Assembly: GCA_963822445.1 (NCBI GenBank)
Contig: CAWGHO010000001.1
Location: 224,001 to 288,000, forward strand
Length of the DNA: 64,000 bases
Origin: an uncultured Acidobacteriota bacterium
Lineage (GTDB): Bacteria; Acidobacteriota; Thermoanaerobaculia; Gp7-AA8
Direction: 5' to 3'
The notes under the pieces were generated by a model, which had not been told where the DNA came from, made no database searches, and saw only the letters and a list, made by a program, of their open reading frames with translations. Within the stretch, counting starts at the first letter, position 1. The number at the start of each line of letters is the position of its first letter. A program made the translations under genes and the position numbers. Positions 53,363-63,156 of this stretch are shown piece by piece.

Positions 53363-54400
53363 ATGAGGAAAACACTCGGGCTTCTGAGCTGCGCTCTACT
53401 CGTCGCATCCTGTGTGAATGCTCCGGAGGAGAAGCCGGCCGCGACTGAAGGACGCGACGTCCGTTCCGGCGCGGTCCGGATCGGGCTGGCGATGGACACT
53501 CTCAAAGAAGAGCGGTGGCAGCGCGACAAGCAACTCATCGAGCAGCGGGCCCGGGAAGTGGGCGCGGTGCTCGACGTGCAGGTCGCCAACGGCGACGACG
53601 CCGTGCAGACCAAGCAGGCCGACAACATGCTCACCAAAGGCATCGACGTGCTGATCGTCGTGCCGCACAACGGGGAGATCGCCGCCTCGATCGTCGAGGC
53701 TGCGCATCGAAAGGGCGTGCCGGTGATCGCCTACGACCGTCTGATTCGCAATGCCGATCTCGATCTGTACATCTCCCATCAGGTGGAAAAGATCGGAGAG
53801 ATGCAGGCCGGCTACGCCTTCGAGCGCGTTCCCAAAGGCAACTACGTGCTGATCGGCGGATCGCCGACCGACTACAACGCCATCCTGCTGCGCAAAGGGC
53901 AGATGAACATCCTCAAACCCGCCGTCGATCGCGGCGACATCAAGCTGATCTCCGAGCAGTACGCTCGCGAGTGGAAGGCCGAGGAGGCGCTGCGGATCAC
54001 TGAAGATGCGCTCACCCGTACGCGGAACAGAATCGACGCGATCGTGGCCTCGAACGACGGCACGGCCGGCGGCGCGATCTCCGCGCTGGAGGCGGCCGGC
54101 CTGGCCGGCAAGGTGCTGGTCACAGGACAGGACGCGCAGAAGGATGCCGTCCAGCGGATCGTCAAAGGCTCGCAGACCATGACCATCTACAAGCCGATCC
54201 AGGCCCTGGCGTTCGGTGCGGTCGACGCCGCGATCAAGCTCGCGCGGAAGGAAGCCGTCAGCACGACCGACAAGGTCAACAACGGCAAGATCGACGTTCC
54301 GTCCATCCTCATCGCGCCGATCGCCGTCGACAAGTCCAATCTCGACGCAACCATCATCAAAGACGGCTACCACAAGCGCGACGAGATCTATGTCCCATGA
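53363..54400 (+). CDS. xylF: D-xylose-type ABC transporter substrate-binding lipoprotein
   Basis: Lipobox VASC; ERWQRD, AYDRLI, GSPTDYNA, SNDGTAGG, GQDA, TIYKPI. Confidence 0.88.
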   Translation: MRKTLGLLSCALLVASCVNAPEEKPAATEGRDVRSGAVRIGLAMDTLKEERWQRDKQLIEQRAREVGAVLDVQVANGDDAVQTKQADNMLTKGIDVLIVVPHNGEIAASIVEAAHRKGVPVIAYDRLIRNADLDLYISHQVEKIGEMQAGYAFERVPKGNYVLIGGSPTDYNAILLRKGQMNILKPAVDRGDIKLISEQYAREWKAEEALRITEDALTRTRNRIDAIVASNDGTAGGAISALEAAGLAGKVLVTGQDAQKDAVQRIVKGSQTMTIYKPIQALAFGAVDAAIKLARKEAVSTTDKVNNGKIDVPSILIAPIAVDKSNLDATIIKDGYHKRDEIYVP

Positions 54401-55929
54401 CCGCAGCCAGCGCCGGGCCGCTGCTGGAGATGCGCGGCATCTCCAAACGATTTCCGGGAGTGCTCGCGCTCGACGGCGTCACCTTCGACCTGCGCCCAGG
54501 CGAGATTCACGCGCTGGTCGGTGAGAACGGCGCCGGGAAGTCGACGCTGATCAAGATTCTCGGCGGCGTCTATCCCGCCGGCACCTTCGACGGCGAGACG
54601 ATCGTCGACGGACAACATCGCCGCTTTCTCGGCGTGCGCGACTCCGAGGAAGCCGGGATCGCCGTCGTGCACCAGGAGCTGTCCCTGGTCCCGGAGTTCT
54701 CGATCGCCGAGAACATTTTCCTGGGCCGCGAGCCCCGCCGCTTCGGCTTCATTCAGAACGAAGACCTGTACAGCGCGGCCCAGCGGTTGCTCGACGCGCT
54801 GCAATTGCGGCTCGAGCCGCACGTGCCCGTGGGGCACCTGGGCATCGGCCAGCAGCACCTCGTCGAGATCGCCAAGGCCCTGTCGCGCAACGCCCGCATC
54901 CTGGTCCTGGACGAGCCGACAGCAGCCCTCACCGACTCGGAGGCGGAGGTTCTGTTCGGCATCCTCGAGCGGCTGCGCGAGCGAGGCGTGGGAATGATCT
55001 ACATCTCACACAAGCTCGGAGAAGTGTTCCGTCTCGCGGATCGCATCACCGTTCTGCGCGACGGCGCGGCGGTCAGCACGGATGCCACGAACACGCTCGA
55101 GCCGCAGCAGGTCATCGCGCGGATGGTCGGCCGGAACGTGAGCGATCTGTTCCCCGCAACGCACCGCCAGCCGGGGCAGGTTGCCTTCGAGGCCCGCAAC
55201 GTCACCGTCGAAGATCCGAACGTGCCCGGCAAGCTGTTCGTCGACGACGTGAGCTTCAGCGTGCGGCGCGGCGAGGTCCTGGGCATCGCCGGCCTCGTCG
55301 GAGCGGGACGCAGTGAGTTGATGATGGCCCTGTTCGGAGCGCATTCCGGCCGGAAGACGGGCGCTGTGTCGGTCGACGGCAAGCGCGTAATCATCCGCAC
55401 TCCTGCCGACGCGATTCGCCTTGGAATCGGCTTCGTCACCGAGGATCGGAAGCGCTTCGGCCTGTTGCTCGAGCAGGCCATCGTCGAGAACCTCAGTCTC
55501 GCCGCTTTGAAACGCATCAGCGGGCCGTTTGTGACAGACGTCGATGCCGAGGCCGCGGCCGCGCAGCGCTCGATGAGCGAGCTCCGCATCCGGGCCCAGT
55601 CCGCGTTCACCGTGACGGGCACGCTCTCCGGCGGCAACCAGCAGAAGGTGGTGCTGGGCAAATGGCTGCTGACCAATCCGAGAGTGCTCTTTCTCGACGA
55701 GCCGACGCGCGGCATCGACGTCGGCGCGAAGCAGGAGATCTACGCGGAGATCAACCGCCTGGCCGCGGAGGGTCTGGCCATCGTGCTGGTCTCGTCGGAA
55801 CTGCCCGAGGTGCTGGGCCTCTCCGATCGGGTGCTCGTCCTGCGGGAGGGGAAACTTACCGGCGAATTCACGCGTGCCGAGGCCACCGCGGAGTCGGTGA
55901 TGGCCTGCGCGACGGGGCATGCGGCATGA
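54397..55929 (+). CDS. xylG: Sugar ABC transporter ATP-binding protein
   Basis: GENGAGKST, LDEPT twice, LSGGNQQK. Confidence 0.88.
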   Translation: MTAASAGPLLEMRGISKRFPGVLALDGVTFDLRPGEIHALVGENGAGKSTLIKILGGVYPAGTFDGETIVDGQHRRFLGVRDSEEAGIAVVHQELSLVPEFSIAENIFLGREPRRFGFIQNEDLYSAAQRLLDALQLRLEPHVPVGHLGIGQQHLVEIAKALSRNARILVLDEPTAALTDSEAEVLFGILERLRERGVGMIYISHKLGEVFRLADRITVLRDGAAVSTDATNTLEPQQVIARMVGRNVSDLFPATHRQPGQVAFEARNVTVEDPNVPGKLFVDDVSFSVRRGEVLGIAGLVGAGRSELMMALFGAHSGRKTGAVSVDGKRVIIRTPADAIRLGIGFVTEDRKRFGLLLEQAIVENLSLAALKRISGPFVTDVDAEAAAAQRSMSELRIRAQSAFTVTGTLSGGNQQKVVLGKWLLTNPRVLFLDEPTRGIDVGAKQEIYAEINRLAAEGLAIVLVSSELPEVLGLSDRVLVLREGKLTGEFTRAEATAESVMACATGHAA

Positions 55930-57062
55930 GGCGGCCCTCCACCGAAGCGCTCCGCGCGTACTCAATGGTCATCGCCCTCATCGCCATCTGGATCTTCTTC
56001 CAGGTCAAGACCGTCAGCGAGGTTTATCCGTTCGGCCTGTTCCTGCACCCGGTCAATCTCGCGAATCTCCTCAAGCAGATGTCCGTCACCGGCGTGCTGG
56101 CGGTGGGCATGCTGCTGGTGATCGTGGCCCGTCAGATCGATCTCTCCGTCGGCTCGCTCCTCGGTCTGGCCGGCGGCATCGCCGCCATGACCCAGGGAGC
56201 CGGCCTGATTCCATCGCTCGGCGTGGCGATCCTCATCGGCGCGCTGGCGGGCGCGTTTCAAGGGGCGCTCGTTGCCTACGCGAACATCCCCGCGTTCATC
56301 GTGACGCTGGGAGGACTGCTCACCTGGCGCGGCGTGATCCTCTACCTCAGCAAGGGGGAAACGATCCCCGTCCGCCTTCCTGTCTTCCGGCTGCTCGGCG
56401 TGGCTTTGATCACGCCGGCGTCGGGGATTGCGCTGGCGGTGGTGGCCATCGTGGCGCTGGTGTGGCTGACGATCCGTCGCAACCGGGCCCGCCGCCGTCA
56501 CGGTCTTCCGGTGGCATCCACCGCCGCAACTGTCGCCGGCATCGCCGTGCCGTCGCTGTTGATCGTTCTGTTCATCCACTGGATGAACATTCAGGGCGGC
56601 GTGCCGCTGCCGGTGATCGTGATGGTGGTCGTTGCCGTCGCCGGAGGCGTGCTCACGCAGAAGACGACGTTCGGGCGCTATCTGTACGCAATCGGCGGCA
56701 ATCCCGACGCGGCCCGCTTGTCCGGCGTGAGCTCGCGCAAGCACATCCTCATCGCCTTCGCCTTGCTCGGTGCACTCGTCGGAGTGGCATCCCTGCTCCA
56801 CACCGGAAGAGTGGGGAGCGCCTCGCCCGACGCGGGATCGCTGATGGAGCTGGATGCGATCGCCGCGTGCGTGATCGGGGGCACGAGTCTGATGGGAGGG
56901 CGAGGCAAAGTGTCCGGCGCGCTCCTCGGCGCGCTGGTCATGGCCAGTCTCGACAACGGCATGTCGCTGCTGAGCGTGGAGAACGCGACGCAGTACATCA
57001 TCAAGGGAGCGGTGCTCGTGGCCGCGGTCGGATTCGACATGGCGGGACGAAAGAAGAGCTGA
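55926..57062 (+). CDS. xylH: Sugar ABC transporter permease
   Basis: IDLSVGS, IPAFIVTLGG, FGRYLYAIGGN, ELDAIAACVIGGTS. Confidence 0.88.
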   Translation: MRRPSTEALRAYSMVIALIAIWIFFQVKTVSEVYPFGLFLHPVNLANLLKQMSVTGVLAVGMLLVIVARQIDLSVGSLLGLAGGIAAMTQGAGLIPSLGVAILIGALAGAFQGALVAYANIPAFIVTLGGLLTWRGVILYLSKGETIPVRLPVFRLLGVALITPASGIALAVVAIVALVWLTIRRNRARRRHGLPVASTAATVAGIAVPSLLIVLFIHWMNIQGGVPLPVIVMVVVAVAGGVLTQKTTFGRYLYAIGGNPDAARLSGVSSRKHILIAFALLGALVGVASLLHTGRVGSASPDAGSLMELDAIAACVIGGTSLMGGRGKVSGALLGALVMASLDNGMSLLSVENATQYIIKGAVLVAAVGFDMAGRKKS

Positions 57063-57077
57063 GACGAAGGAGAAGCG

Positions 57078-58592
57078 ATGCCGAGCGGACTGTCACGGCG
57101 CGACGCACTGTACGTTCTGGGCGGCACCCTGGCCGGCCTCCCCTTTCTTCGTTCCACGGCTCAGGACCACTCCAACCCCAACATCGTCTTCATCATGACC
57201 GACGACCAGCGTCAGGACTCGATGAGCGCCTATGGCAACAAAGTCCTGCGCACCCCGAACATGGATCGCATCGCCGCCGAAGGGATGCGTTTCACGGAGA
57301 TGTTCGTCACGAGCTCGCTCTGCGCTCCGAGCAGGGTCTCGTATCTCACCGGTCTGTATTCGCACGCTCACGGCGTGGTGACCAACGGCGACGGTCCGCA
57401 GTTCTACAACGGGCCGGGGATCCGCGAAGACCAGCCCACGTTCGTGGAGCTGTTGCGGCGGGCCGGCTACTACACGGGACTGGTCGGGAAATGGCACCTC
57501 AAGTCGATGCCCACCGGCTTCGACGAGTGGGTGATCTTTCCATGGCAGGGGGAGTACAACGATCCCGATCTCATTTCGAAGGGCACGCATCTCAAGATGC
57601 GTGGACACGCCGACGACGTGGTCGGCGATCAGGCCCTGGAGTTCCTGAAACACCGCCCGCGCAATCGCCCCTTCTGCCTGCTGTATCAGTTCAAATCACC
57701 ACACCGGAGCTGGGTTCCGGCGAAGCGCCACGAGCGGGCCTTCGAAAACGTGGAGATCCCGCTGCCGAGGACGTTCGAGGAGAAGCTGGACGGAAAACCG
57801 GAGGCGGTGCGCGCGGCGGAAATGGCTCTCGCCGATCTGCCCGACTACCGCGACCGCGTGCCGGCTGATCTGCCTCGTGAAGAGCGGAAACGCCGCAACT
57901 ACGAACTGATGGTGAAGAACTACTACCGCGTTCTGCTTTCCGTCGACGAGAACGTGGGACGCGTGCTCGAGCTCCTCGATCAGAACGGCCTGAGCGAGAA
58001 CACCATCGTGGTCTACACCTCGGACAACGGATTTTTCCTCGGCGAGCACGGCCTGTACGACAAGCGGCTGATGTACGAGCCGTCCATCCGCGTCCCGATG
58101 GCCATTCGCTATCCGGCGCGGATCCGTCCGGCGGTCGACACCACGCACATGGTGCTGAACGTCGACGTCGCGCCCACTCTGCTGCAGCTGGCTGGCGTTC
58201 CGGTGCCGCTCGGCCTGCACGGTCGGAGCATGGTTCCGCTTCTTCTCGGCGCCGACGTGCCCTGGCGCGACGCGTTTCTCTACGAGTACTTCGAGTATCC
58301 GGCCGGACACTGCGCGCGGAAGAACCGCGGCATCCGCACCGACCGGTGGAAGCTCATTCATTTCTTCGAGCAGCCGCAGGAATGGGAGCTGTACGACCTG
58401 AAGGCCGACCCGGAGGAGACGAAAAACCTCGCCGCCGATCCCCGCCACGCCGGAACCTTGACGGCGCTGAAGACCAGGATGGTCGAGCTGCGGCGCGAGC
58501 TTGGCGACGTCGACCCTCCCGGGCCCGCTCCGGTTGCGCCTCGCTGCAAGGATGGTCACATGGATGGCTATCCGGGGAAGCGGACGAGATGA
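57078..58592 (+). CDS. Tat-exported Cys-type sulfatase (S1)
   Basis: SRRDAL Tat motif; TDDQR; CAPSR...TG; GKWH; DKRLMYE. Confidence 0.92.
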   Translation: MPSGLSRRDALYVLGGTLAGLPFLRSTAQDHSNPNIVFIMTDDQRQDSMSAYGNKVLRTPNMDRIAAEGMRFTEMFVTSSLCAPSRVSYLTGLYSHAHGVVTNGDGPQFYNGPGIREDQPTFVELLRRAGYYTGLVGKWHLKSMPTGFDEWVIFPWQGEYNDPDLISKGTHLKMRGHADDVVGDQALEFLKHRPRNRPFCLLYQFKSPHRSWVPAKRHERAFENVEIPLPRTFEEKLDGKPEAVRAAEMALADLPDYRDRVPADLPREERKRRNYELMVKNYYRVLLSVDENVGRVLELLDQNGLSENTIVVYTSDNGFFLGEHGLYDKRLMYEPSIRVPMAIRYPARIRPAVDTTHMVLNVDVAPTLLQLAGVPVPLGLHGRSMVPLLLGADVPWRDAFLYEYFEYPAGHCARKNRGIRTDRWKLIHFFEQPQEWELYDLKADPEETKNLAADPRHAGTLTALKTRMVELRRELGDVDPPGPAPVAPRCKDGHMDGYPGKRTR

Positions 58593-60856
58593 CACAGCCC
58601 CGCCATTCTGGACTGCGGCGGCATAGCCGCCGCTCTCACTCGTGGCAGCGAAGCTGCCGCGGCTTTGCCGCGGCGTGGAGAGCGGCAGCTCGCGCTGCCG
58701 CAGTCCAGAGTCTCGCGGCGATCTTCGTCCTCGCACCCGCTCTGTTCGCCCAGCAGCGAACGATCGACGAGCGCGTGGAGGAGCTGTTGTCGCGGATGAC
58801 GATCGAGGAGAAGCTCGGGCAGCTTCTTCAGTACACCCCTTCACGGCCGGAGATTCGAGAGTTGGTTGCGAAGGGAAGTGTCGGTTGTGTCTTCGGCGTC
58901 GGCGGCGCCACCGAGACCAATCCATTGCAACGCGCGGCGGTCGAAGAGTCACGCCTGAAGATTCCCATCCTCTTCGCCAACGACGTGATTCATGGATTCC
59001 GCACGATTTTTCCGATTCCTCCCGGCATCGCCAGCACGTGGGACCCGGACTCCGCGGAGCTCGCGGCGCGCGTCTCCGCCCGTGAGGCCAGCGCGGGAGG
59101 GACGAGGTGGACGTTCGCACCGATGGTGGACATCGCCCGCGATCCGCGCTGGGGACGCATCGCCGAAGGATCCGGCGAAGATCCGTATCTCGCCGGCGCC
59201 ATGGCCGCGGCGTGGGTGCGCGGCTTTCAGGGGAAGGATCTTTCCGCTCCCGACTCCATCCTGGCCTGCGCGAAACACTTTGCCGCATACGGCGCGGCCG
59301 AGGCAGGACGCGACTACAACGCCGTGGACATGTCCGAACGCACGCTCAGAGAGGTCTACCTGCCACCGTTCAAGGCCGCCGTCGACGCCGACGTGGCCAC
59401 GATCATGACCGCCTTCAACACGCTCAATGGCGTGCCGGCGACGGTCAGCGAGCATCTCCTCCAGACCATCCTTCGCGGCGAGTGGAAGTATCGCGGTTTC
59501 GTCGACAGCGACTACCAGGCCGTCGAGCAGCTCATCCCGCACGGCGTCGCCGCCACACCGCAGGAAGCCGCGCTGAAGGCGATCCGAGCCGGCGTGGACA
59601 TGAACATGATCGACGGAAGTTACGCCACGCTCGCGGAGGCCGTTGCCGAGGGGCGGCTGCCGATGGCTATCGTCGATCGCTCGGTGAGACGGGTGTTGCA
59701 CACCAAGTTCGCGCTGGGGCTGTTCGAGAAGCCGTATGCGGACGAATCGCGTGAGAAAGCCGTTCTCCTGGCCCGCGAGCATCTCGAAGCAGCGCGTCGC
59801 GTGGCCTCGAAATCGGTCGTGCTGCTGAAGAACGAGAACGAGCTGCTTCCGCTATCGAAAACGCTCGGGACCCTCGCCGTGATCGGACCGCTCTCCGACA
59901 GCCAGGTGGACATGCTCGGCTCGTGGCACGCCGCGGGGAAAGCGGAAGAGGCGGTGAGCGTACTCGATGGCATCCGCGCCAGCGTTTCGACGACGACGCG
60001 CGTGATCCACGCAAACGGGACGGACGTACGCGATGCGACGGACGCAGGGATCGCGGAGGCTGTCGTTGTTGCGAAGAGCTCCGACGTCGTGCTGCTCGTG
60101 CTCGGAGAAGCGGGAAAGATGAGCGGCGAAGCGAAATCGCGCGCGTATCTCGACCTTCCCGGCCGCCAGCAGGAACTGCTCGAGGCCATCGTCGCAGCCG
60201 GAAAACCGGTCGTCCTGATCGTGATGAGCGGCCGCCCGCTGACCATCCGCTGGGCGGCCGAGCACGTGCCGGCCATCCTCTGGCCCTGGTTCCCCGGCAC
60301 GCAGGCAGGCCGTGTCATCGCCGACGTTCTTTTCGGCGACGTCAATCCGAGCGGCAAGCTGCCCGTCACCATTCCTCGTACGGTCGGACAGATCCCGATC
60401 TACTACGCGAGCCTGCCGACGGGACGACCCGCAACGGAGAAGGAGTACACCAGCAAGTATCTCGACGTGCCGAACACGCCCCTCTACCCGTTCGGACACG
60501 GGCTCTCGTACACGAAGTTCGAGTATTCGGATCTGCGCGTCAGCGCGAAGTCGGGCACGGTCACCGTCTCAGCCGAGATCCACAACGCGGGTCGTCGAAC
60601 CGGCGACGAGATCGTGCAGCTCTACGTGAACGATCCCGTCGCGAGGATCTCGAGGCCGGTGAAAGAGCTGAAGGGATTCCAGCGCATCACGCTCGCACCC
60701 GGAGCGAGGAAGCGCGTGGAGTTCACCTTGCGTCGCGAGGATCTGCAGTACTGGTCCGAAAGCGGTTGGACCTTCGAGCCGGGCACGTTCAAGGTGTGGA
60801 TCGGCCCCAGCTCGGCGTCGGGTTTGGAGGGGTCATTCGACCTGCAGAGTCAGTGA
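58589..60856 (+). CDS. bglX: GH3 beta-glucosidase (BglX-like)
   Basis: DVIHG, ARDPRWGR..EG.GEDP, KHFAAYG, SDY, YPFGHGLSY, ELKGF. Confidence 0.9.
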   Translation: MTQPRHSGLRRHSRRSHSWQRSCRGFAAAWRAAARAAAVQSLAAIFVLAPALFAQQRTIDERVEELLSRMTIEEKLGQLLQYTPSRPEIRELVAKGSVGCVFGVGGATETNPLQRAAVEESRLKIPILFANDVIHGFRTIFPIPPGIASTWDPDSAELAARVSAREASAGGTRWTFAPMVDIARDPRWGRIAEGSGEDPYLAGAMAAAWVRGFQGKDLSAPDSILACAKHFAAYGAAEAGRDYNAVDMSERTLREVYLPPFKAAVDADVATIMTAFNTLNGVPATVSEHLLQTILRGEWKYRGFVDSDYQAVEQLIPHGVAATPQEAALKAIRAGVDMNMIDGSYATLAEAVAEGRLPMAIVDRSVRRVLHTKFALGLFEKPYADESREKAVLLAREHLEAARRVASKSVVLLKNENELLPLSKTLGTLAVIGPLSDSQVDMLGSWHAAGKAEEAVSVLDGIRASVSTTTRVIHANGTDVRDATDAGIAEAVVVAKSSDVVLLVLGEAGKMSGEAKSRAYLDLPGRQQELLEAIVAAGKPVVLIVMSGRPLTIRWAAEHVPAILWPWFPGTQAGRVIADVLFGDVNPSGKLPVTIPRTVGQIPIYYASLPTGRPATEKEYTSKYLDVPNTPLYPFGHGLSYTKFEYSDLRVSAKSGTVTVSAEIHNAGRRTGDEIVQLYVNDPVARISRPVKELKGFQRITLAPGARKRVEFTLRREDLQYWSESGWTFEPGTFKVWIGPSSASGLEGSFDLQSQ
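58609..58707. repeat. 99-bp TGGACTGCG...CGCAGTCCA palindromic element inside the GH3 5' coding region
   Basis: Terminal inverted repeats TGGACTGCGGC / GCCGCAGTCCA with internal hairpins. Confidence 0.75.
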
Positions 60857-61704
60857 ATCGCGCCGATCTGAAGATCCGCCACGACAGGAAAGTGATCGGA
60901 TACGAAACCGCCGTCGTACGTGTCCGACAGGATGGCGTGCCGCAGGACCGCGATCGGGCCGCGCACGAAGATGAAGTCGATGCGCCGTCCGGCCTCGGTC
61001 GCTTTGAAGCCGTTCCAGGTTGCAGTCGGTCCGTGGTGCGGAGAGCGCGTCGCGTCGAATGCGTCGGTGAAGCCGGAACCGATGATGATGCGATTCGATT
61101 CGGATGCGGCGAGGTCGTTGAAGTCGCCGGTCAGAATGAGAGGCTGAGTGATTTGCTTCATCCTGTCCGCCAGCAGTCGCGCCCCTTCTCTTCGAGCCTG
61201 CTTGCCGATGTGATCGAGATGGGTGTTGAAGTGGAAGAACGTCACGCCGGAGAGCCGGTCCCGCACCCGTCCCCACGTCGCAATCCGCTCGTACGCCGCG
61301 TCCCATCCCTTGCTGCCTGGCACTTCCGGCGTTTCGCAGAGCCAGAACGTGTCCTGCTCGAGAACCTCCAGGCGGCTCTTGCGATAAAGGACGGCGCTCG
61401 CTTCACCGCGGAGATCGGTGGCGCGCCCGACCCCGAACCGGCCGTACCCGGGCAGGAGCGCGTCGAGATCTTCCAGCTGTTCGGGAAGAGCTTCCTGCAA
61501 GCCCACGAGGTCCGCGTCGTGAAAGCGGATCATGCTCGCCACCGCCTCTTTGCGATGCGGCCAGGCATTCGGTCCGTCGCTGGCGAGATTCAGGCGGATG
61601 TTGAACGTCATCACCCGCAGTGGAGCGACATCGGTGCGATGGGAAGCGCAGCCGCCGAGAAGAACGGCGAGGGTCGCGACGACGGCCCGAAGGGGAATGC
61701 TCAT
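60850..61704 (-). CDS. Endonuclease/exonuclease/phosphatase (EEP) family lipoprotein
   Basis: Lipobox LGGC; MTFNIR, GLQE, NTHLDH, TGDFN, RIDFIF, SDHFPV. Confidence 0.9.
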   Translation of the reverse strand: MSIPLRAVVATLAVLLGGCASHRTDVAPLRVMTFNIRLNLASDGPNAWPHRKEAVASMIRFHDADLVGLQEALPEQLEDLDALLPGYGRFGVGRATDLRGEASAVLYRKSRLEVLEQDTFWLCETPEVPGSKGWDAAYERIATWGRVRDRLSGVTFFHFNTHLDHIGKQARREGARLLADRMKQITQPLILTGDFNDLAASESNRIIIGSGFTDAFDATRSPHHGPTATWNGFKATEAGRRIDFIFVRGPIAVLRHAILSDTYDGGFVSDHFPVVADLQIGAIH

Positions 61705-63146
61705 GAAGAACATTTTTGTGGTGGCAATCCTGCTCATGTCTCCGGCGCTCGCCGCTCAGGATACGCCGCGCGGGCGTCGCAACATCGTCTACATCCTCAG
61801 CGACGATCACCGCTACGACTTCATGGGCTTCCACCCGAACGCGCCGGAGTTTCTGGAGACGCCAGCTCTCGATCGCATGGCTGCTGAGGGGGCACATGTT
61901 CGGAATGCGTTCGTGACGACGGCACTCTGCTCGCCGAGCCGGGCCTCCATCCTGACCGGGCGGTATGCGCACAGACATCTCGTGGTCGACAACAGCAGGG
62001 CCATCCGCGAGGAGGAGGTGTTCTTCCCCGAGCTCCTGCAGAAGGCCGGATATAGAACTGCCTTTCTGGGCAAGTGGCACATGGGCGGACACACCGACGA
62101 TCCGCAACCAGGATTCGATCGCTGGGTGAGCTTTCCCGGCCAGGGCGTCTATTTCGACCCCTCGCTGAACGTCGACGGAAAGCGTGTGCAGGCCAAGGGC
62201 TACACCACCGACGTCCTCACCGATTACGCCATCGACTTTCTGAAGCAGCAGAACGCGGACAAGCCGTTCATGCTCTACCTTTCCCACAAAGCGGTTCACG
62301 CCGAGTTCCATCCCGCTCCACGGCACCTCGACCGGTACGCAAACGCGAAGATCAAGTACCCGGTGACGATGGCCGACACGGAGCGCAATTACCGCGACAA
62401 ACCGAAGTGGGTGCGCGAGCAGCGCTACGGCTGGCACGGCGTCGATTACATGTACCGGCGACATGAACCTCGACACCGTCTACCGCCGCTACGCCGAGAC
62501 GCTGCTGGCACTCGACGAGAGCATCGGCCGCGTGCTGGAACAGCTCGAAAAGAGCGGCCTGGCGAAGAACACCATCCTCGTCTACATGGGCGACAACGGC
62601 TTCTCCCTCGGCGAGCACGGACTGATCGACAAGCGCCACGCCTACGAAGAGTCGATCCGCGTGCCGATGCTGGTGTGGGCGCCGGGGCTGGTCGCGCCGG
62701 GAACGAAGATCGATCCGATGATTCTGAATGTCGACATTGCTCCCACGCTCATGGACGCGGCGGGGCTGAAGCGACCCGAGTCCATGGATGGCCAGTCGTT
62801 TCTACCCTTGCTGGCCGGAAGAGCGGTGCCGGAGTGGCGGAAGTCGTTCGTCTACACCTACTACTGGGAGTACAACTATCCGCACACCCCGACGGTCTAC
62901 GCATTGCGCGAGGACCGCTACAAGTTCATGTTCTACCACGGCATCTGGGATCGAAATGAGCTCTACGATCTCGAGGCCGACCCGGCGGAGCGGACGAACC
63001 TGATCGGCAATCCCGAACACACCGCCCGGGTCACGGCGATGCAGAAGCGGCTCTTCGATTCCCTGGAATCGCTGAGCGCCGTGGATGTGAAGTTCCAGCG
63101 TCCCGTGCCGGGACAGCAGGACGAACGGTTGAACCATGCGCACTAG
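61703..63146 (+). CDS. Exported Cys-type sulfatase (S1), frameshift near 62457
   Basis: Signal peptide; SDDHR, CSPSR..LTG, GKWH; second frame DKRHAYEESIRVP. Confidence 0.9.
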
Positions 63147-63156
63147 GGAGGAGTCG

